From: a virus
Taxonomy: Duplodnaviria; Caudoviricetes
Reading direction: 5' to 3' (one strand)
IMG/VR virus record: IMGVR_UViG_3300017766_001583
Coordinates: 2,452 to 66,451 of that record
DNA length: 64,000 bases
This document shows positions 1 to 9,866 of this stretch, in pieces (positions within the stretch are counted from its first letter, which is position 1; each line of letters starts with the position of its first letter). The translations under genes were made by a program, and so were the position numbers. Under the pieces are notes generated by a model. That model was not told the DNA's origin and ran no database searches. It saw nothing but the letters and a program-made list of their open reading frames with translations.

Positions 1-253
1 CATGCTCAATCAAATCAATCGTATCGACTGGCAAGTTATATGTAGCGGTACCCGCCACAAGCGGAATTGACCCACTTTCTACCGTCCAAAGATTGATCCC
101 ACGCGAAGCCCACTCCATCGTGAGCAAATTAAAGCTACGCCGCGCCGTGCGGAAGTCGTAGCCTGAGCGCATTTCTGAACCCGCCCGCTCATAGGCTTCC
201 TCAAACATGTCTGTAAGTTGGATATCAAAAGAGGAGGTACCCGAGGTAGTCAT
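1..253 (-). CDS. Virion structural protein, probable head-tail adaptor; runs off the left edge (partial)
   Basis: Manual translation from ATG at 253: MTTSGTSSFDIQLTDMFEEAYERAGSEMRSGYDFRTARRSFNLLTMEWASRGINLWTVE...; ATGA overlap with the HNH stop; N-terminus typical of aquatic podovirus adaptor proteins. Confidence 0.6.
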   Translation of the reverse strand, partial: MTTSGTSSFDIQLTDMFEEAYERAGSEMRSGYDFRTARRSFNLLTMEWASRGINLWTVESGSIPLVAGTATYNLPVDTIDLIEH

Positions 254-894
254 GACAGATACTCCAATCGCCAACCTTTAGAGCGATGCTTCTTTTTAAC
301 CGCTTGTACTACTGCTTGAAGAGATACCCCAAGGTCTTTCGCCGCCGACGCCGCTGTTGGCCAATACCCAACACCATAAAAAATATGAATGCCTGCGACT
401 TTTCGCGCCATATGGTTCTTTTCCCCAGCCTGCTCATGGCCGCGACCAAAGAATGGATTGTTTTCCCCATGCATAAAGCCCTTTGACCGCATCAACTCGG
501 CATGTTCTGGGCGTTTTTTGCCGGCGAAAGGTCGTGACGCATTATCTCTCAACTTGGCTCTTACTTCTGGCCGCTTCGATATGTTCCCGTCGCCGCGCAT
601 TGAGTCGATAAACAGTTGCTTAGCTGCGGCATAATCTTTACTGCGCCGCCTGTTTTGGTCATGCACCATCAAATTAAACGCCCGTGCAGCCGCGCTGGTC
701 TTGTAGATCCGATAAAGCATCCAGTGCGCTAGAAAATGCTCTCTTGGCGTCAGTGCGACCAAATTATCTGGCGCATCAGTTCCGCCTTCGCTACGGGGCA
801 CAATATGATGCATCTCCACGTATTGCAGAGTCACTGAACGGGCTTTCGCGCCCGCAATCAGCTTTTCATAGCGTGCCCCAGTAACAGTAGTCAT
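250..894 (-). CDS. Free-standing HNH homing endonuclease with NUMOD-like DNA-binding tail
   Basis: EMHHIVPRSEGGTDAPDNLVALTPREHFLAH HNH core; GENNPFFGR and TAASAAKDLGVS...KGWRLEY NUMOD3/NUMOD1-like motifs. Confidence 0.85.
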   Translation of the reverse strand: MTTVTGARYEKLIAGAKARSVTLQYVEMHHIVPRSEGGTDAPDNLVALTPREHFLAHWMLYRIYKTSAAARAFNLMVHDQNRRRSKDYAAAKQLFIDSMRGDGNISKRPEVRAKLRDNASRPFAGKKRPEHAELMRSKGFMHGENNPFFGRGHEQAGEKNHMARKVAGIHIFYGVGYWPTAASAAKDLGVSLQAVVQAVKKKHRSKGWRLEYLS

Positions 895-1733
895 TACGGG
901 GTCTGGTCGGTAGTTACGTTAGTACGGTTGCCGTTGCCGTCAATCGTCGCGGTCACACGGGGCTTGGCATTAGTCACGGCAGCGTTGAACACCTCAGTGC
1001 CAGACCCAGTACCGGAACGCCGACCCATCAGCACAGCACCCATCAGACGCAGCGCACCCCGGAAGGTCATACCAGCTTCAACAGTCTGAGTGTCGAAGAT
1101 TTCCGTAGCGATCTGAGCGGTGGTGGGTACAGCGGCAGTAGTTTGGCCGGAAGTCAGAGGCTGGTTCAGACCCTGCGGGAATACTGCAAACACGCTGCGC
1201 GTGCCACCGATGGTGAGCGCAACATCCCAACCCCGGTCAATCGTTGCAACTTTGGTCGAGCCGTTGTAGGCGGTAATGATTCTGGCTTGGTTCGCGCCGT
1301 CACCGCTGATGATCGTAACAACCGAGCCTTTGTAGAAGTCGGTCTGTGTGGCAGCGGTTGCGTCGAGTTTAATTACTAGATCGCCAATAGCCTGCGGATC
1401 TTGAGGCACACCCACTTGCAGGGCAGCGGCTTTGGTCGTTTGCAGCCGGAAGAACTGATCTTGCACAGCCTTGGGGGAGGCATCGATAATCTGAATGACA
1501 ATCTCAGTTGCTTCAGTCTCAGCGGCAGTCAAAGTCCAGTTAATCGCGGCGGAACCAGAAACGAAAGTTGGGGTCGTAAGGAGGTTGGCAAAAGCGCCGC
1601 CATCTTTACTGATCTTTACGTCAGTGGCAACGGGCGTCCAGTCAGCGGTAAGGGCGTAATCCGTAGACCCAGCCTTGACGATGGGGGCGCGGAACGTATA
1701 CGCGGTGCCCCAAGGAATAGAGATTGTACTCAT
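894..1733 (-). CDS. Tail-associated virion protein (hypothetical)
   Basis: 279 aa, Thr/Ala/Gly-rich and beta-rich, in tail cassette, coupled to neighbours. Confidence 0.55.
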   Translation of the reverse strand: MSTISIPWGTAYTFRAPIVKAGSTDYALTADWTPVATDVKISKDGGAFANLLTTPTFVSGSAAINWTLTAAETEATEIVIQIIDASPKAVQDQFFRLQTTKAAALQVGVPQDPQAIGDLVIKLDATAATQTDFYKGSVVTIISGDGANQARIITAYNGSTKVATIDRGWDVALTIGGTRSVFAVFPQGLNQPLTSGQTTAAVPTTAQIATEIFDTQTVEAGMTFRGALRLMGAVLMGRRSGTGSGTEVFNAAVTNAKPRVTATIDGNGNRTNVTTDQTP

Positions 1734-1745
1734 TAAAAAGTCCTT

Positions 1746-2450
1746 TTAAGCGACGCCGCGCTCAATACCACGAAAGATACCACGGGACATAGGAGAAGAA
1801 TAGTCTGTGACCGAAGGAACGCCAGAGGCTTGATATTGCGCTTCAGCCCAAGTGATGCGAGTGGAGTAAGGCAAAGTGGGCGCAGACTCAGGCGGGTAGC
1901 GGAGCCAAAAAACTTGGTTGCTGACGTTCCCAAATTGCTGAGTTGTATACAGCGTAAGCGTTGCAGAAGTCGGCCTAGTGGCCGGCGGCGGGACGTTAAG
2001 AATGATCCGTTTATATGTAGTCGTCCCAAGATCGGGGATAACATTCAACAATGGAGCGGTTGGGTTGCCCGCAAACGATGTGTTTTCAAGCCCCGTATCT
2101 TCGGTGATTGCCGTATCGGCACCACCGTCATAGATTATTTTTGGCCTTTTTGCTGAGTCTGCATTATCAGCCGCTGCCCATTCGGTTGCGGATCCGCCAG
2201 CCCCGCAAACAATTACGGCACTGAGGTGATTCGGATTATCGTAGATTGCTTGGAATAACGTTGTTACGTCAAAGTTGACGGCGCGTGGTGTATCAGTATC
2301 AACAACAGTTTGCGACGCCCAAGGCGTAGAACCATTGGCCGTGTACGCTGCATCCCACCAGTCCCCGCCTAAGTTATTCCAAGCAATAGGCGTGACACTG
2401 TCGTAGTTCGCCCGATTGACGTTGGCGTTTACGTATGTTGGTCTTGGCAT
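1746..2450 (-). CDS. Putative carbohydrate-binding virion protein (DNRLRE/CBM96-like segments) with C-terminal RITWAEAQYQ motif
   Basis: WNNLGGDW, FDVTTL, KRPKIIY, DTAITED, SATLTLY motifs. Confidence 0.5.
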   Translation of the reverse strand: MPRPTYVNANVNRANYDSVTPIAWNNLGGDWWDAAYTANGSTPWASQTVVDTDTPRAVNFDVTTLFQAIYDNPNHLSAVIVCGAGGSATEWAAADNADSAKRPKIIYDGGADTAITEDTGLENTSFAGNPTAPLLNVIPDLGTTTYKRIILNVPPPATRPTSATLTLYTTQQFGNVSNQVFWLRYPPESAPTLPYSTRITWAEAQYQASGVPSVTDYSSPMSRGIFRGIERGVA

Positions 2451-4895
2451 TTAATACGCCCCCATCTGCATGTCTAATTTGTTGCATCGAGTGAATGGGC
2501 TCGGGCCACTTGCAATTGGCGAATTAAACTGAGCAAGCCAAGAGATAGCATTTGCAACATCAGCCTCAAGGCCGGGAACATCAATACAATGTGAAAGTGC
2601 AGCCCTCGCCAAGCGGGCAAATCCGTGACAAGCCGCAGCGTAGCTATCAGAAGTGATTCCTATGTTGTAATAAAAATCGCCCGCGAGTGAAACGTTTATT
2701 GTCGAAACATTTGATGAGGTTATGTAAGCGCTTGTAAATTCATCCAAAATTGAAAGACGATTTGTCTTATATAAACCGTCTAAAGGGTTTGTTAATGGAA
2801 CAACATACATTCCATATGCCATTCGCACCTGATCGTTTTGTGATGGGAATGCCCCTGCCGACCCCTCTGTCGATCCAAATCCTTGCGCAAAAAATCTAGC
2901 CTGATCCGCATGAAGAATATCAAACCCAATTCCCGAAAAAGCACTTTTTGCTTGATATAAAACTCTAGTCCAATAAGAGTCGTGAAATGGTGCCACTGCG
3001 AAAGTTTTTGTAGGATTGCTAGTATCAGCCGGGCTATTCCAGAATTGCGGAGCAGGAAATCCACTAGCAACTGCCCAGTATGATCCCGGCGAAGCGGTCG
3101 ACGAGTTAAGACTAGACCCAAGCGGATTCCATAGAGGACTCTGCACTGTACTTCCAATTATAGAAGCCCTTTTGTTTACACCGTATATGTACTCGGCGGA
3201 TGACTCGTCCCCTTGTCCAGACAGTCCTTTGGCCCCACGGTAAAATCGTGATAACTTTAGAACTAGGCCTTTGTGCCTAGCGTGCATTAGGGAATCGCTA
3301 GCAGTAAACATCGCGGAGTGAACAAATTGCCGAAGCGACCAAGCAGAACCGCGCAAGGAAGAAAAGCTAGCGTCTCCGTACATTAGCCCGTCAGTTGGAT
3401 TGGGCCCACGAGCGGCCGAACTTAACTGCATTTCTGTCCAAGCTGCTCGCCCCTCTATTGCATCGGCCGCCCATAACCTCCCGCTAACTGCTACTAATGA
3501 AAACGGGTCGTATTGATGCGCACAGTCGAGAGTCAATGAGCTTGCTTCATTGGCAACGCTATAACTCGTATTTGTTGCAACGCCGCTGCCAAAAATCATA
3601 GCGCCCGCGTTGTCGTACCAATTCATTCTGTCCGCATTGGTTGTAGATGCGTCTCGGATAAAAAGGTTTATAGATTGATTTGCCCCAAGCATTCTTTGGC
3701 TGGGCCTGCCAAATGATGTGACGTATTGACTTTTTCCAGATACACCAGATGCTATGTTTTTATTGTCAAACTCAATAAAAAAAGTCGGACGATTTAGAGA
3801 TTCTTGCGCAATAATTTTGCTGGATTCCCAAGCTCTCCAATCGCCGCCGTTTATTGCCTGATTATTTGGTTCGACAAAATAAATCGAATTGTTTCCGCCG
3901 CCAGCCGTAACCTCACGGGGCATCTCCCACGGGTCAAATGCAACACCGGGGACAGGAAGTGCAGCAGAAGACGGGATACCGACGTGAGTAGAAGAAAAGA
4001 ACCCATCTGTGCCGCCAGCATACCAAGCGTTAAGAACCTGCTCGCTGGTTGTAGATGTTGCAGAAAACCTTGGAAATACTCCGCACTCGGCAAAGTGCCG
4101 GCGGTTAATCTGTCTGTTTACTTGGATCGGCGGGGCCGTACCGATCCAACCCTCATATACCCACGACGCGCCGGAATTGCCAGACACTGAAGCCTGAGTA
4201 AATACTTGCGTATTGCCAACGTACACAGACAGCGCGTAAGACAATTGCTGCAAAGCAATGCTGCTTCCATGATTGCCGTGGCAGTGAATCCATGTACTGC
4301 CGTTTGACCACATATATGCCCAAAACTGCGGCACGAACGGTTTTACTCCGGCAAGTGGGCCTTTGTTATACCCGCCGGTTCTGTCGAATGCCCTAATAAT
4401 TGTGCAGGCCGCTCCACTTAAAACAACTTCGTATTTGTCATTATCAATCATATCCCTAAGGCTGATTGTGTCTGACCCACCTCCGGCATATGAAAGACTA
4501 ATTGTCGCGCCTGCATTACCAGCAGGAATCCGTGCCTGAATTCCGGCTTTATTAAGACCCGTACCGTTTACATTGCCGCTTGCCAGCGCTACCTGAGCGG
4601 TAGCGCCGTTTGCTAAAGATGAAACCAGACCGGCAACTAATACTGTGCGCGGCGCGTCGTTTATGTCCGTAGCCCAAACTCTAGAAGCCGTCGCAACCGG
4701 CGTGCCGTTTATAGACATTACAGGTGCATTTGTAATGCTTGATGCTTTGACCGGCAAAATTGCTACAAATGGATACTCGCTGATTGATGAGCCGGATACA
4801 TTTGTGAGCGCGATAAGATTTTCGGCAGCACCTCCCGCCGTATTAGGAGCGCCAAGGGTGTATCCAGCAGGACCGCGAAGCAGGCTAAAGACCAT
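2451..4895 (-). CDS. Large receptor-binding / putative polysaccharide-lyase-like tail protein
   Basis: 814 aa; N-terminal PFVAILPV...GTPVATASRVWATDINDAPRTVLV resembles the PcRGLX/YetA-like beta domain; aromatic-rich helical C-terminal region. Confidence 0.45.
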   Translation of the reverse strand: MVFSLLRGPAGYTLGAPNTAGGAAENLIALTNVSGSSISEYPFVAILPVKASSITNAPVMSINGTPVATASRVWATDINDAPRTVLVAGLVSSLANGATAQVALASGNVNGTGLNKAGIQARIPAGNAGATISLSYAGGGSDTISLRDMIDNDKYEVVLSGAACTIIRAFDRTGGYNKGPLAGVKPFVPQFWAYMWSNGSTWIHCHGNHGSSIALQQLSYALSVYVGNTQVFTQASVSGNSGASWVYEGWIGTAPPIQVNRQINRRHFAECGVFPRFSATSTTSEQVLNAWYAGGTDGFFSSTHVGIPSSAALPVPGVAFDPWEMPREVTAGGGNNSIYFVEPNNQAINGGDWRAWESSKIIAQESLNRPTFFIEFDNKNIASGVSGKSQYVTSFGRPSQRMLGANQSINLFIRDASTTNADRMNWYDNAGAMIFGSGVATNTSYSVANEASSLTLDCAHQYDPFSLVAVSGRLWAADAIEGRAAWTEMQLSSAARGPNPTDGLMYGDASFSSLRGSAWSLRQFVHSAMFTASDSLMHARHKGLVLKLSRFYRGAKGLSGQGDESSAEYIYGVNKRASIIGSTVQSPLWNPLGSSLNSSTASPGSYWAVASGFPAPQFWNSPADTSNPTKTFAVAPFHDSYWTRVLYQAKSAFSGIGFDILHADQARFFAQGFGSTEGSAGAFPSQNDQVRMAYGMYVVPLTNPLDGLYKTNRLSILDEFTSAYITSSNVSTINVSLAGDFYYNIGITSDSYAAACHGFARLARAALSHCIDVPGLEADVANAISWLAQFNSPIASGPSPFTRCNKLDMQMGAY

Positions 4896-6263
4896 TTAGG
4901 CACTCACAAAACGAAGGCGCATGTTGGACCAATTGACAGCCACGGCACCCCACTCTGCTGAAGTTACCGTCATCGTGTAGTAGGCAGGGGAAGTGTTATT
5001 CGCCGTGCGGGTGGTGTCCGTCTTAACTAACGTCGCCCCGGAATACAAAGACACTGTAACCGATCCGCCCCCTGTGATGCCCTGCACCCGGTAATTTACC
5101 AGCACACTTGTACCAGCCTGCGGGATAGTCATCGCTTGCAAACCAACCTCATCCGTCTGCGCTGCCGCAGTGGCATAGATATAGTTCGCGTCGTTGTAGG
5201 TCGTTTCGTTAATCATCGTGTAGTGGTCAGCACCGGGAGTGCTAGGCGTCCACTGGGTTGTTACGTCGCTCGACGGGCGCGAGTAGGTGTAGGTGATGGT
5301 GGGGTATTCCCACGCGCCAATGGTGGGAGTCGTCAGGCTGCGGGCTGTACCAACGATATCTACGTCGTTGGTGTAGGTTTGTTGCCGAATACCGTTGCTG
5401 ATAAGCGCGGCACCTGTCTTAACCCGAAAGTCTTGCGAGCCAGCGGTTACATTTTCAAACTGATCGGCAGTCGTTAGGCTAACTTGGTTTGATGAACCAA
5501 ACGGAAACGAAGCAAGATTTGTCGCGTTGTTTGAACAATTTGCGGAATCGAACCTTGCGGTGCTACCAATACTTGTCCAGTTAAAAAGCCCGCAATTTTT
5601 GGCCGTATACAGGCCTCCAGTGTAATTAATTCTGAATGCTTGAGTTGAACCGTTTCCGTATATTGAACTGTTTATAAAGTTGCCAGAAGACGAAGGAATT
5701 ACGCTATAAATAAATTCTTTTGAAACAGAAGCGCAATAAAAAACAGAATTGATAAAGTTTATTGAGCCAGCGCCAACACTAATGGAATAATCGTTGCCTT
5801 CGTTTACTACTATACTTTGATCGACAGTAAACGCTCCGCCTACACCAAAAACCTCATCCGCCGCATTCCCCGCCCCAAGTAAACGCTTTATTTGCAAACG
5901 AGTAAACTTTACACCATAGCTAGTTACAAACATCGGCCCAGCATATGAGCCATTTCCTCTTATTGCAACGCCATTTGCAGTGTTATACCTAAGCGCGTTT
6001 GTAAGCTTATTCGCATTGTCAGCAAATGATTTACCAGCCGCCGCGTCAAGCCATACATATCTTGTAGCGTCCGTGGTTACGCCACTAAACGTCACAGACG
6101 ATGAAACAGTCCATTCGCCGTTTGTTCCGCCGCCCTCGTCATAAAGCAGACCCTTCCAAATCTCATCGCTTGATACAAGATTAGCTGGGCAAGCGTCTTC
6201 CCAGGCCTGAATCGTCGAATAATCTCGACCGGTACCAATTGTTTTAACGGTGGTAGTTGGCAT
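4896..6263 (-). CDS. Pectin-lyase-like beta-helix tail protein with extra C-terminal beta-sandwich
   Basis: TIGTGRDYSTIQAW start, Asn/Ser-rich repeats, DFRVKTGAALISNG...DIVGTAR...IGAWEY beta-helix cap motif. Confidence 0.6.
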   Translation of the reverse strand: MPTTTVKTIGTGRDYSTIQAWEDACPANLVSSDEIWKGLLYDEGGGTNGEWTVSSSVTFSGVTTDATRYVWLDAAAGKSFADNANKLTNALRYNTANGVAIRGNGSYAGPMFVTSYGVKFTRLQIKRLLGAGNAADEVFGVGGAFTVDQSIVVNEGNDYSISVGAGSINFINSVFYCASVSKEFIYSVIPSSSGNFINSSIYGNGSTQAFRINYTGGLYTAKNCGLFNWTSIGSTARFDSANCSNNATNLASFPFGSSNQVSLTTADQFENVTAGSQDFRVKTGAALISNGIRQQTYTNDVDIVGTARSLTTPTIGAWEYPTITYTYSRPSSDVTTQWTPSTPGADHYTMINETTYNDANYIYATAAAQTDEVGLQAMTIPQAGTSVLVNYRVQGITGGGSVTVSLYSGATLVKTDTTRTANNTSPAYYTMTVTSAEWGAVAVNWSNMRLRFVSA

Positions 6264-6662
6264 TTAGTCGCCCAATATCACAACAAGTTCTTGCGTTCTA
6301 ATTACTTTAAGGGTCAGTAATCTTGCAGCTTCTAAGTCGGTAAATTTTATAACCATGCCAGACGAAATAACTTTTTTAAGCCAATCATCCTCTACGTTAA
6401 AATATTGCCTCTTTTTGGCTGTTGTCTTTTCTTCTTGTTTTGGGTTTCTTCTAGGCTGAGTCATATCTGACAAGGCCGCAGCAGGCAATCCGGGTAGTTG
6501 AAAAACCCTCCACTCTGGGTTAGACACTTCTGCATCGCCCCATAAGTGCCCGTCATCGACGACAACAACCACATCACCAGCGCAATTTTGGTTTAGACGC
6601 TGGGAAAGCGAACTGCTTTCTTTGTCAATCACTCTGACAAGAACTTCACACATACGGGTCAC
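6264..6662 (-). CDS. Hypothetical protein
   Basis: 132-aa ORF abutting both neighbours. Confidence 0.55.
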   Translation of the reverse strand: MTRMCEVLVRVIDKESSSLSQRLNQNCAGDVVVVVDDGHLWGDAEVSNPEWRVFQLPGLPAAALSDMTQPRRNPKQEEKTTAKKRQYFNVEDDWLKKVISSGMVIKFTDLEAARLLTLKVIRTQELVVILGD

Positions 6663-7020
6663 TCCCAGCGGCGACTAACGGGTCGCCCATATCCCTGACG
6701 GCAAAAACACATATCCAAACCGTATTATCTTCTAGCACATCAATCTTGTGGCAAGTGTCTGCGCGAATAACGATGGGGCATGGAGCCTTAAAAGTCTTTG
6801 TGCCTTTCGGCTCACCGTTTTTTGTACACGCAATACGCAGCGATCCGCTTACCAACAAAGTCTGATGATCGAAGTTGTGTTCATGACCGTCGTGGCAATG
6901 CCCGGCCTTATGCGGCCCGTGAACACGCGAAAACACATCCCCGAAATAACACAAGACATCCGCCGAATGGGCTAGATTCTCATGGTGTAGGTCAACAATT
7001 TCTTGATCCGTCATAGTCAC
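6646..7020 (-). CDS. Cupin-fold protein
   Basis: GHEHNFDHQTLLVSGSLRI...IVIRADTCHKIDVLEDNTVWICVF cupin His motifs. Confidence 0.75.
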   Translation of the reverse strand: MTMTDQEIVDLHHENLAHSADVLCYFGDVFSRVHGPHKAGHCHDGHEHNFDHQTLLVSGSLRIACTKNGEPKGTKTFKAPCPIVIRADTCHKIDVLEDNTVWICVFAVRDMGDPLVAAGSDPYV

Positions 7021-9842
7021 AGCCCCACTTCAGCGGGCGTTTTCATGCGCCAAGATGGCAAGAATGAATACGAAAAATCACCACCCCCGGTGTCAACCAC
7101 AGTAGTTTTGTACGAGGCGTAAGACGCTTGGTACGCAGCAATTGCCGCGTCTGCTTTTGCTGTATTACCATAAAACGCTGTAATTTCCGATGCAAACCAG
7201 TACCTCAAACCATGCGCAACTTGGTAAACCAAGTGTATGTTCCCTTGTTTTTCTTCGTCAGGATAAGTTCCATCTGGGTACCTAAACAAATCTTCAGTTC
7301 CTTCTTTAGGAAACGTGGTGCTAATAGCAGTCCAGTCGCTTGGAACCTCGGAAACCCCATAGGAATTAGTCCCCTTTGAAAGGGAAATTGCCGTTGTGCC
7401 GTTAATAAACCTTCCGGCAGAGTACGTTGCGCGACCAGAAACACTTTGTGGTATTTCAAAATTAGCCTGCCCATCTGCATAAATATCTATGCAACGACGG
7501 AACATTGCGTGCAGGTAAAAATCCAACACGGCGGCGGCATTAGACGACAACCCACGCAACGAACCCCACGCGCCAGTCATCTTCATAATGATTAGCAGTT
7601 GCCCAAGGTACAAATGAACAGTATTGAGGCCAATAATTAAATAATAATTGCCGCCGCTCTCTGAGACATTTACCCCCACTCCGAGTTGCTTAAATGCTTT
7701 ACACCAAGGGGATGTTGTAGCGTTGGTGTTAACTGGGTTCACAATATTTGTAAACGCCGCGTCAAAATCATCTGAAAACATCTCTTCAATTAGAGACTTG
7801 GAATACCCAAAAGCCGTAGATGTGTGAGCGTTTGAGTTCAGCCACATCCACAGCATATTCCCCCATCTAAACGACAACTCTCTGCTGAATTTTGCTGGCG
7901 TATCAATCTCAACCCACGTTGTAGTAGTTATAGCTGATGTCGTGCTAATCATTGAGCGGCTGTATTGATCAATGCCAGTGCCAACATTCCAAAACGAAGA
8001 CGGGTTAGACCCACTGGTTCCGCCATTCATTGCCAACCGATTAGCAACCATCAAATGTCTAGCAGACACCATGTGCATAGGCGAGCCAAACCCGTAACTC
8101 CAAATTCCCGGTTGCTGGTGACCGTGTAAGCCATCCACAGACCATCCGTTCCAAAACCGTCTTGCACCAGTTAATCCATACTTATCATAAAACCTTGATG
8201 CTGGACGCGGCGCTGCGGCTTGATTCGACAAAAGCCCTAAATCATAGTCGCCATTGGCGATTGCAACCAAATCAACTCTTGTTGGGCCATACGGAGTGCC
8301 GTAATTTCCGTAATAATCATTGATATAAGTATTCGCGTTTAGGCCCGCCTTTGTGGTTGATATACCCTCAAAGGTTTTGACGTTAGTCAGGTAATGGCAA
8401 GAATGGTTAAAGTATGCAAATCCCCAGTCATCTGCAACATCGGCAATTGCTGTGTTGTCCAAAAGATTTACTGAAGACGGGGATGAAATGTATTGCGCAG
8501 CTACAGACGAAAACTGATAACGGTCAAACCTTACGCCGCCCGGGCCTGTGTACCAAGTATGTCCGCTAATTGATCCCGGCTCGTACCCCCATCCTGTTGC
8601 TTGGGACAGGAACATATAATAATCTTGATATTTGGCAACATTCGGGTCGTAAGAGCCTGAAAATGTAGTGCCGTTATAAGGCCCTTTTAGTGTGTTGACT
8701 GTGTAATGCCATGAATTTGGGTCATTATAAGCAAGACTAGAATATACAGTTCGCGGCCAACGAAGCATATATCGCCATTGATTATACCCATTTGGCTGGC
8801 TTCTTCCGGGAGAACCGGCATAAAGCATCGGCAATGGCATGTTGGACGATGTTCTTGGCGTAATTGAAGTAGATCGCCATGTCGAATAGTCTATGTTTGG
8901 TAGTTTTTGCTGTACCGTTGACAGCTTTTTTGGCCTTTTATTTTGCCAAGGCAAAAGCATTGCGCAGTTAAAGAATGGCCTTAGCGGTGGGCTTGTCGAA
9001 TCTTCCCGAACAGGTTGGTACTCGATATATGTTGCGCCGCCACCAGAGCCGCTTGCGGAAGCCGTGCCGCCAGCCACAAAAGAATAACTGTTTGCATCTA
9101 TAAGGGTGATTGCACGCCCGCCGTTTATGTTTCCAGCGGATATTCCATTAAATCCAACAGCATCAGCAAACGTAACGCTAAGACCGTATGTTGGATAACC
9201 ACCGTAATATCCCGGGGTCAGATTAAAGCCATGGCTAGGATGATTTACCACCACAACATTAGAACCTGATGTTGTTGTAAGCGGATTGTTGATTGTTACT
9301 GATAGCGGCACAAAACCCGGAATCCGCCCGCTTTGGCTAAGGCTTGCGCTATTGACAGGCAGGCCATCACGCATCTCGATGGTTTTTACAAGCGTGCCAG
9401 AGCCATTGAGAATACGAATCTTGAACGGAGCCGGATGGGTAATATCTGTGGCTTTGTTGAACGTATCTGAAAACGGATACGAAGACCAGCGTCCGTATGG
9501 TTTGCACCCAACCAAGACCTGATACAAGTCCGTATTGTCGAAAGCGCCGCCGGTCACGGTGAACATCATCGCGCCGAATTCAAACTGCTCGCCAGCAGGG
9601 CCGTGAACAATAGAGCTTGCACTACGCCACGTTTGAATACCGCCGGAATAGTGAGCGGCAAGCGTTGAGTCTTGCGGGGTGATGATGCCGTTATCGACGT
9701 TGAGCGTCAGCGTCCCGATCTGAACCGCAGAGCCGGTAGACCAATCGTCAAGGGCGATAACATAGTTAGGCGAAACTCCTCCGCCCGCCGTATTAGGTGC
9801 GCCAAGCGTAGGCCCAAAAGGGCCGGATAAGGCTGAGAACAA
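7017..9842 (-). CDS. Large tail/receptor-binding protein (TTG start)
   Basis: 941 aa; AAGGAG 6 nt before TTG; TTTSGSNVVVVNHPSHG...ITLIDANSYSF small beta-barrel module also present in the nozzle protein. Confidence 0.6.
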   Translation of the reverse strand: MFSALSGPFGPTLGAPNTAGGGVSPNYVIALDDWSTGSAVQIGTLTLNVDNGIITPQDSTLAAHYSGGIQTWRSASSIVHGPAGEQFEFGAMMFTVTGGAFDNTDLYQVLVGCKPYGRWSSYPFSDTFNKATDITHPAPFKIRILNGSGTLVKTIEMRDGLPVNSASLSQSGRIPGFVPLSVTINNPLTTTSGSNVVVVNHPSHGFNLTPGYYGGYPTYGLSVTFADAVGFNGISAGNINGGRAITLIDANSYSFVAGGTASASGSGGGATYIEYQPVREDSTSPPLRPFFNCAMLLPWQNKRPKKLSTVQQKLPNIDYSTWRSTSITPRTSSNMPLPMLYAGSPGRSQPNGYNQWRYMLRWPRTVYSSLAYNDPNSWHYTVNTLKGPYNGTTFSGSYDPNVAKYQDYYMFLSQATGWGYEPGSISGHTWYTGPGGVRFDRYQFSSVAAQYISSPSSVNLLDNTAIADVADDWGFAYFNHSCHYLTNVKTFEGISTTKAGLNANTYINDYYGNYGTPYGPTRVDLVAIANGDYDLGLLSNQAAAPRPASRFYDKYGLTGARRFWNGWSVDGLHGHQQPGIWSYGFGSPMHMVSARHLMVANRLAMNGGTSGSNPSSFWNVGTGIDQYSRSMISTTSAITTTTWVEIDTPAKFSRELSFRWGNMLWMWLNSNAHTSTAFGYSKSLIEEMFSDDFDAAFTNIVNPVNTNATTSPWCKAFKQLGVGVNVSESGGNYYLIIGLNTVHLYLGQLLIIMKMTGAWGSLRGLSSNAAAVLDFYLHAMFRRCIDIYADGQANFEIPQSVSGRATYSAGRFINGTTAISLSKGTNSYGVSEVPSDWTAISTTFPKEGTEDLFRYPDGTYPDEEKQGNIHLVYQVAHGLRYWFASEITAFYGNTAKADAAIAAYQASYASYKTTVVDTGGGDFSYSFLPSWRMKTPAEVGL

Positions 9843-9866
9843 CCGTCGCTCCTTAGTGCTTAAAAC

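Noticed and set aside
4834-9809. Paired repeats in tail genes as a diversity-generating retroelement TR/VR
   Set aside because: No reverse transcriptase in the window; repeats are short and N-terminal, and mismatches are not adenine-specific
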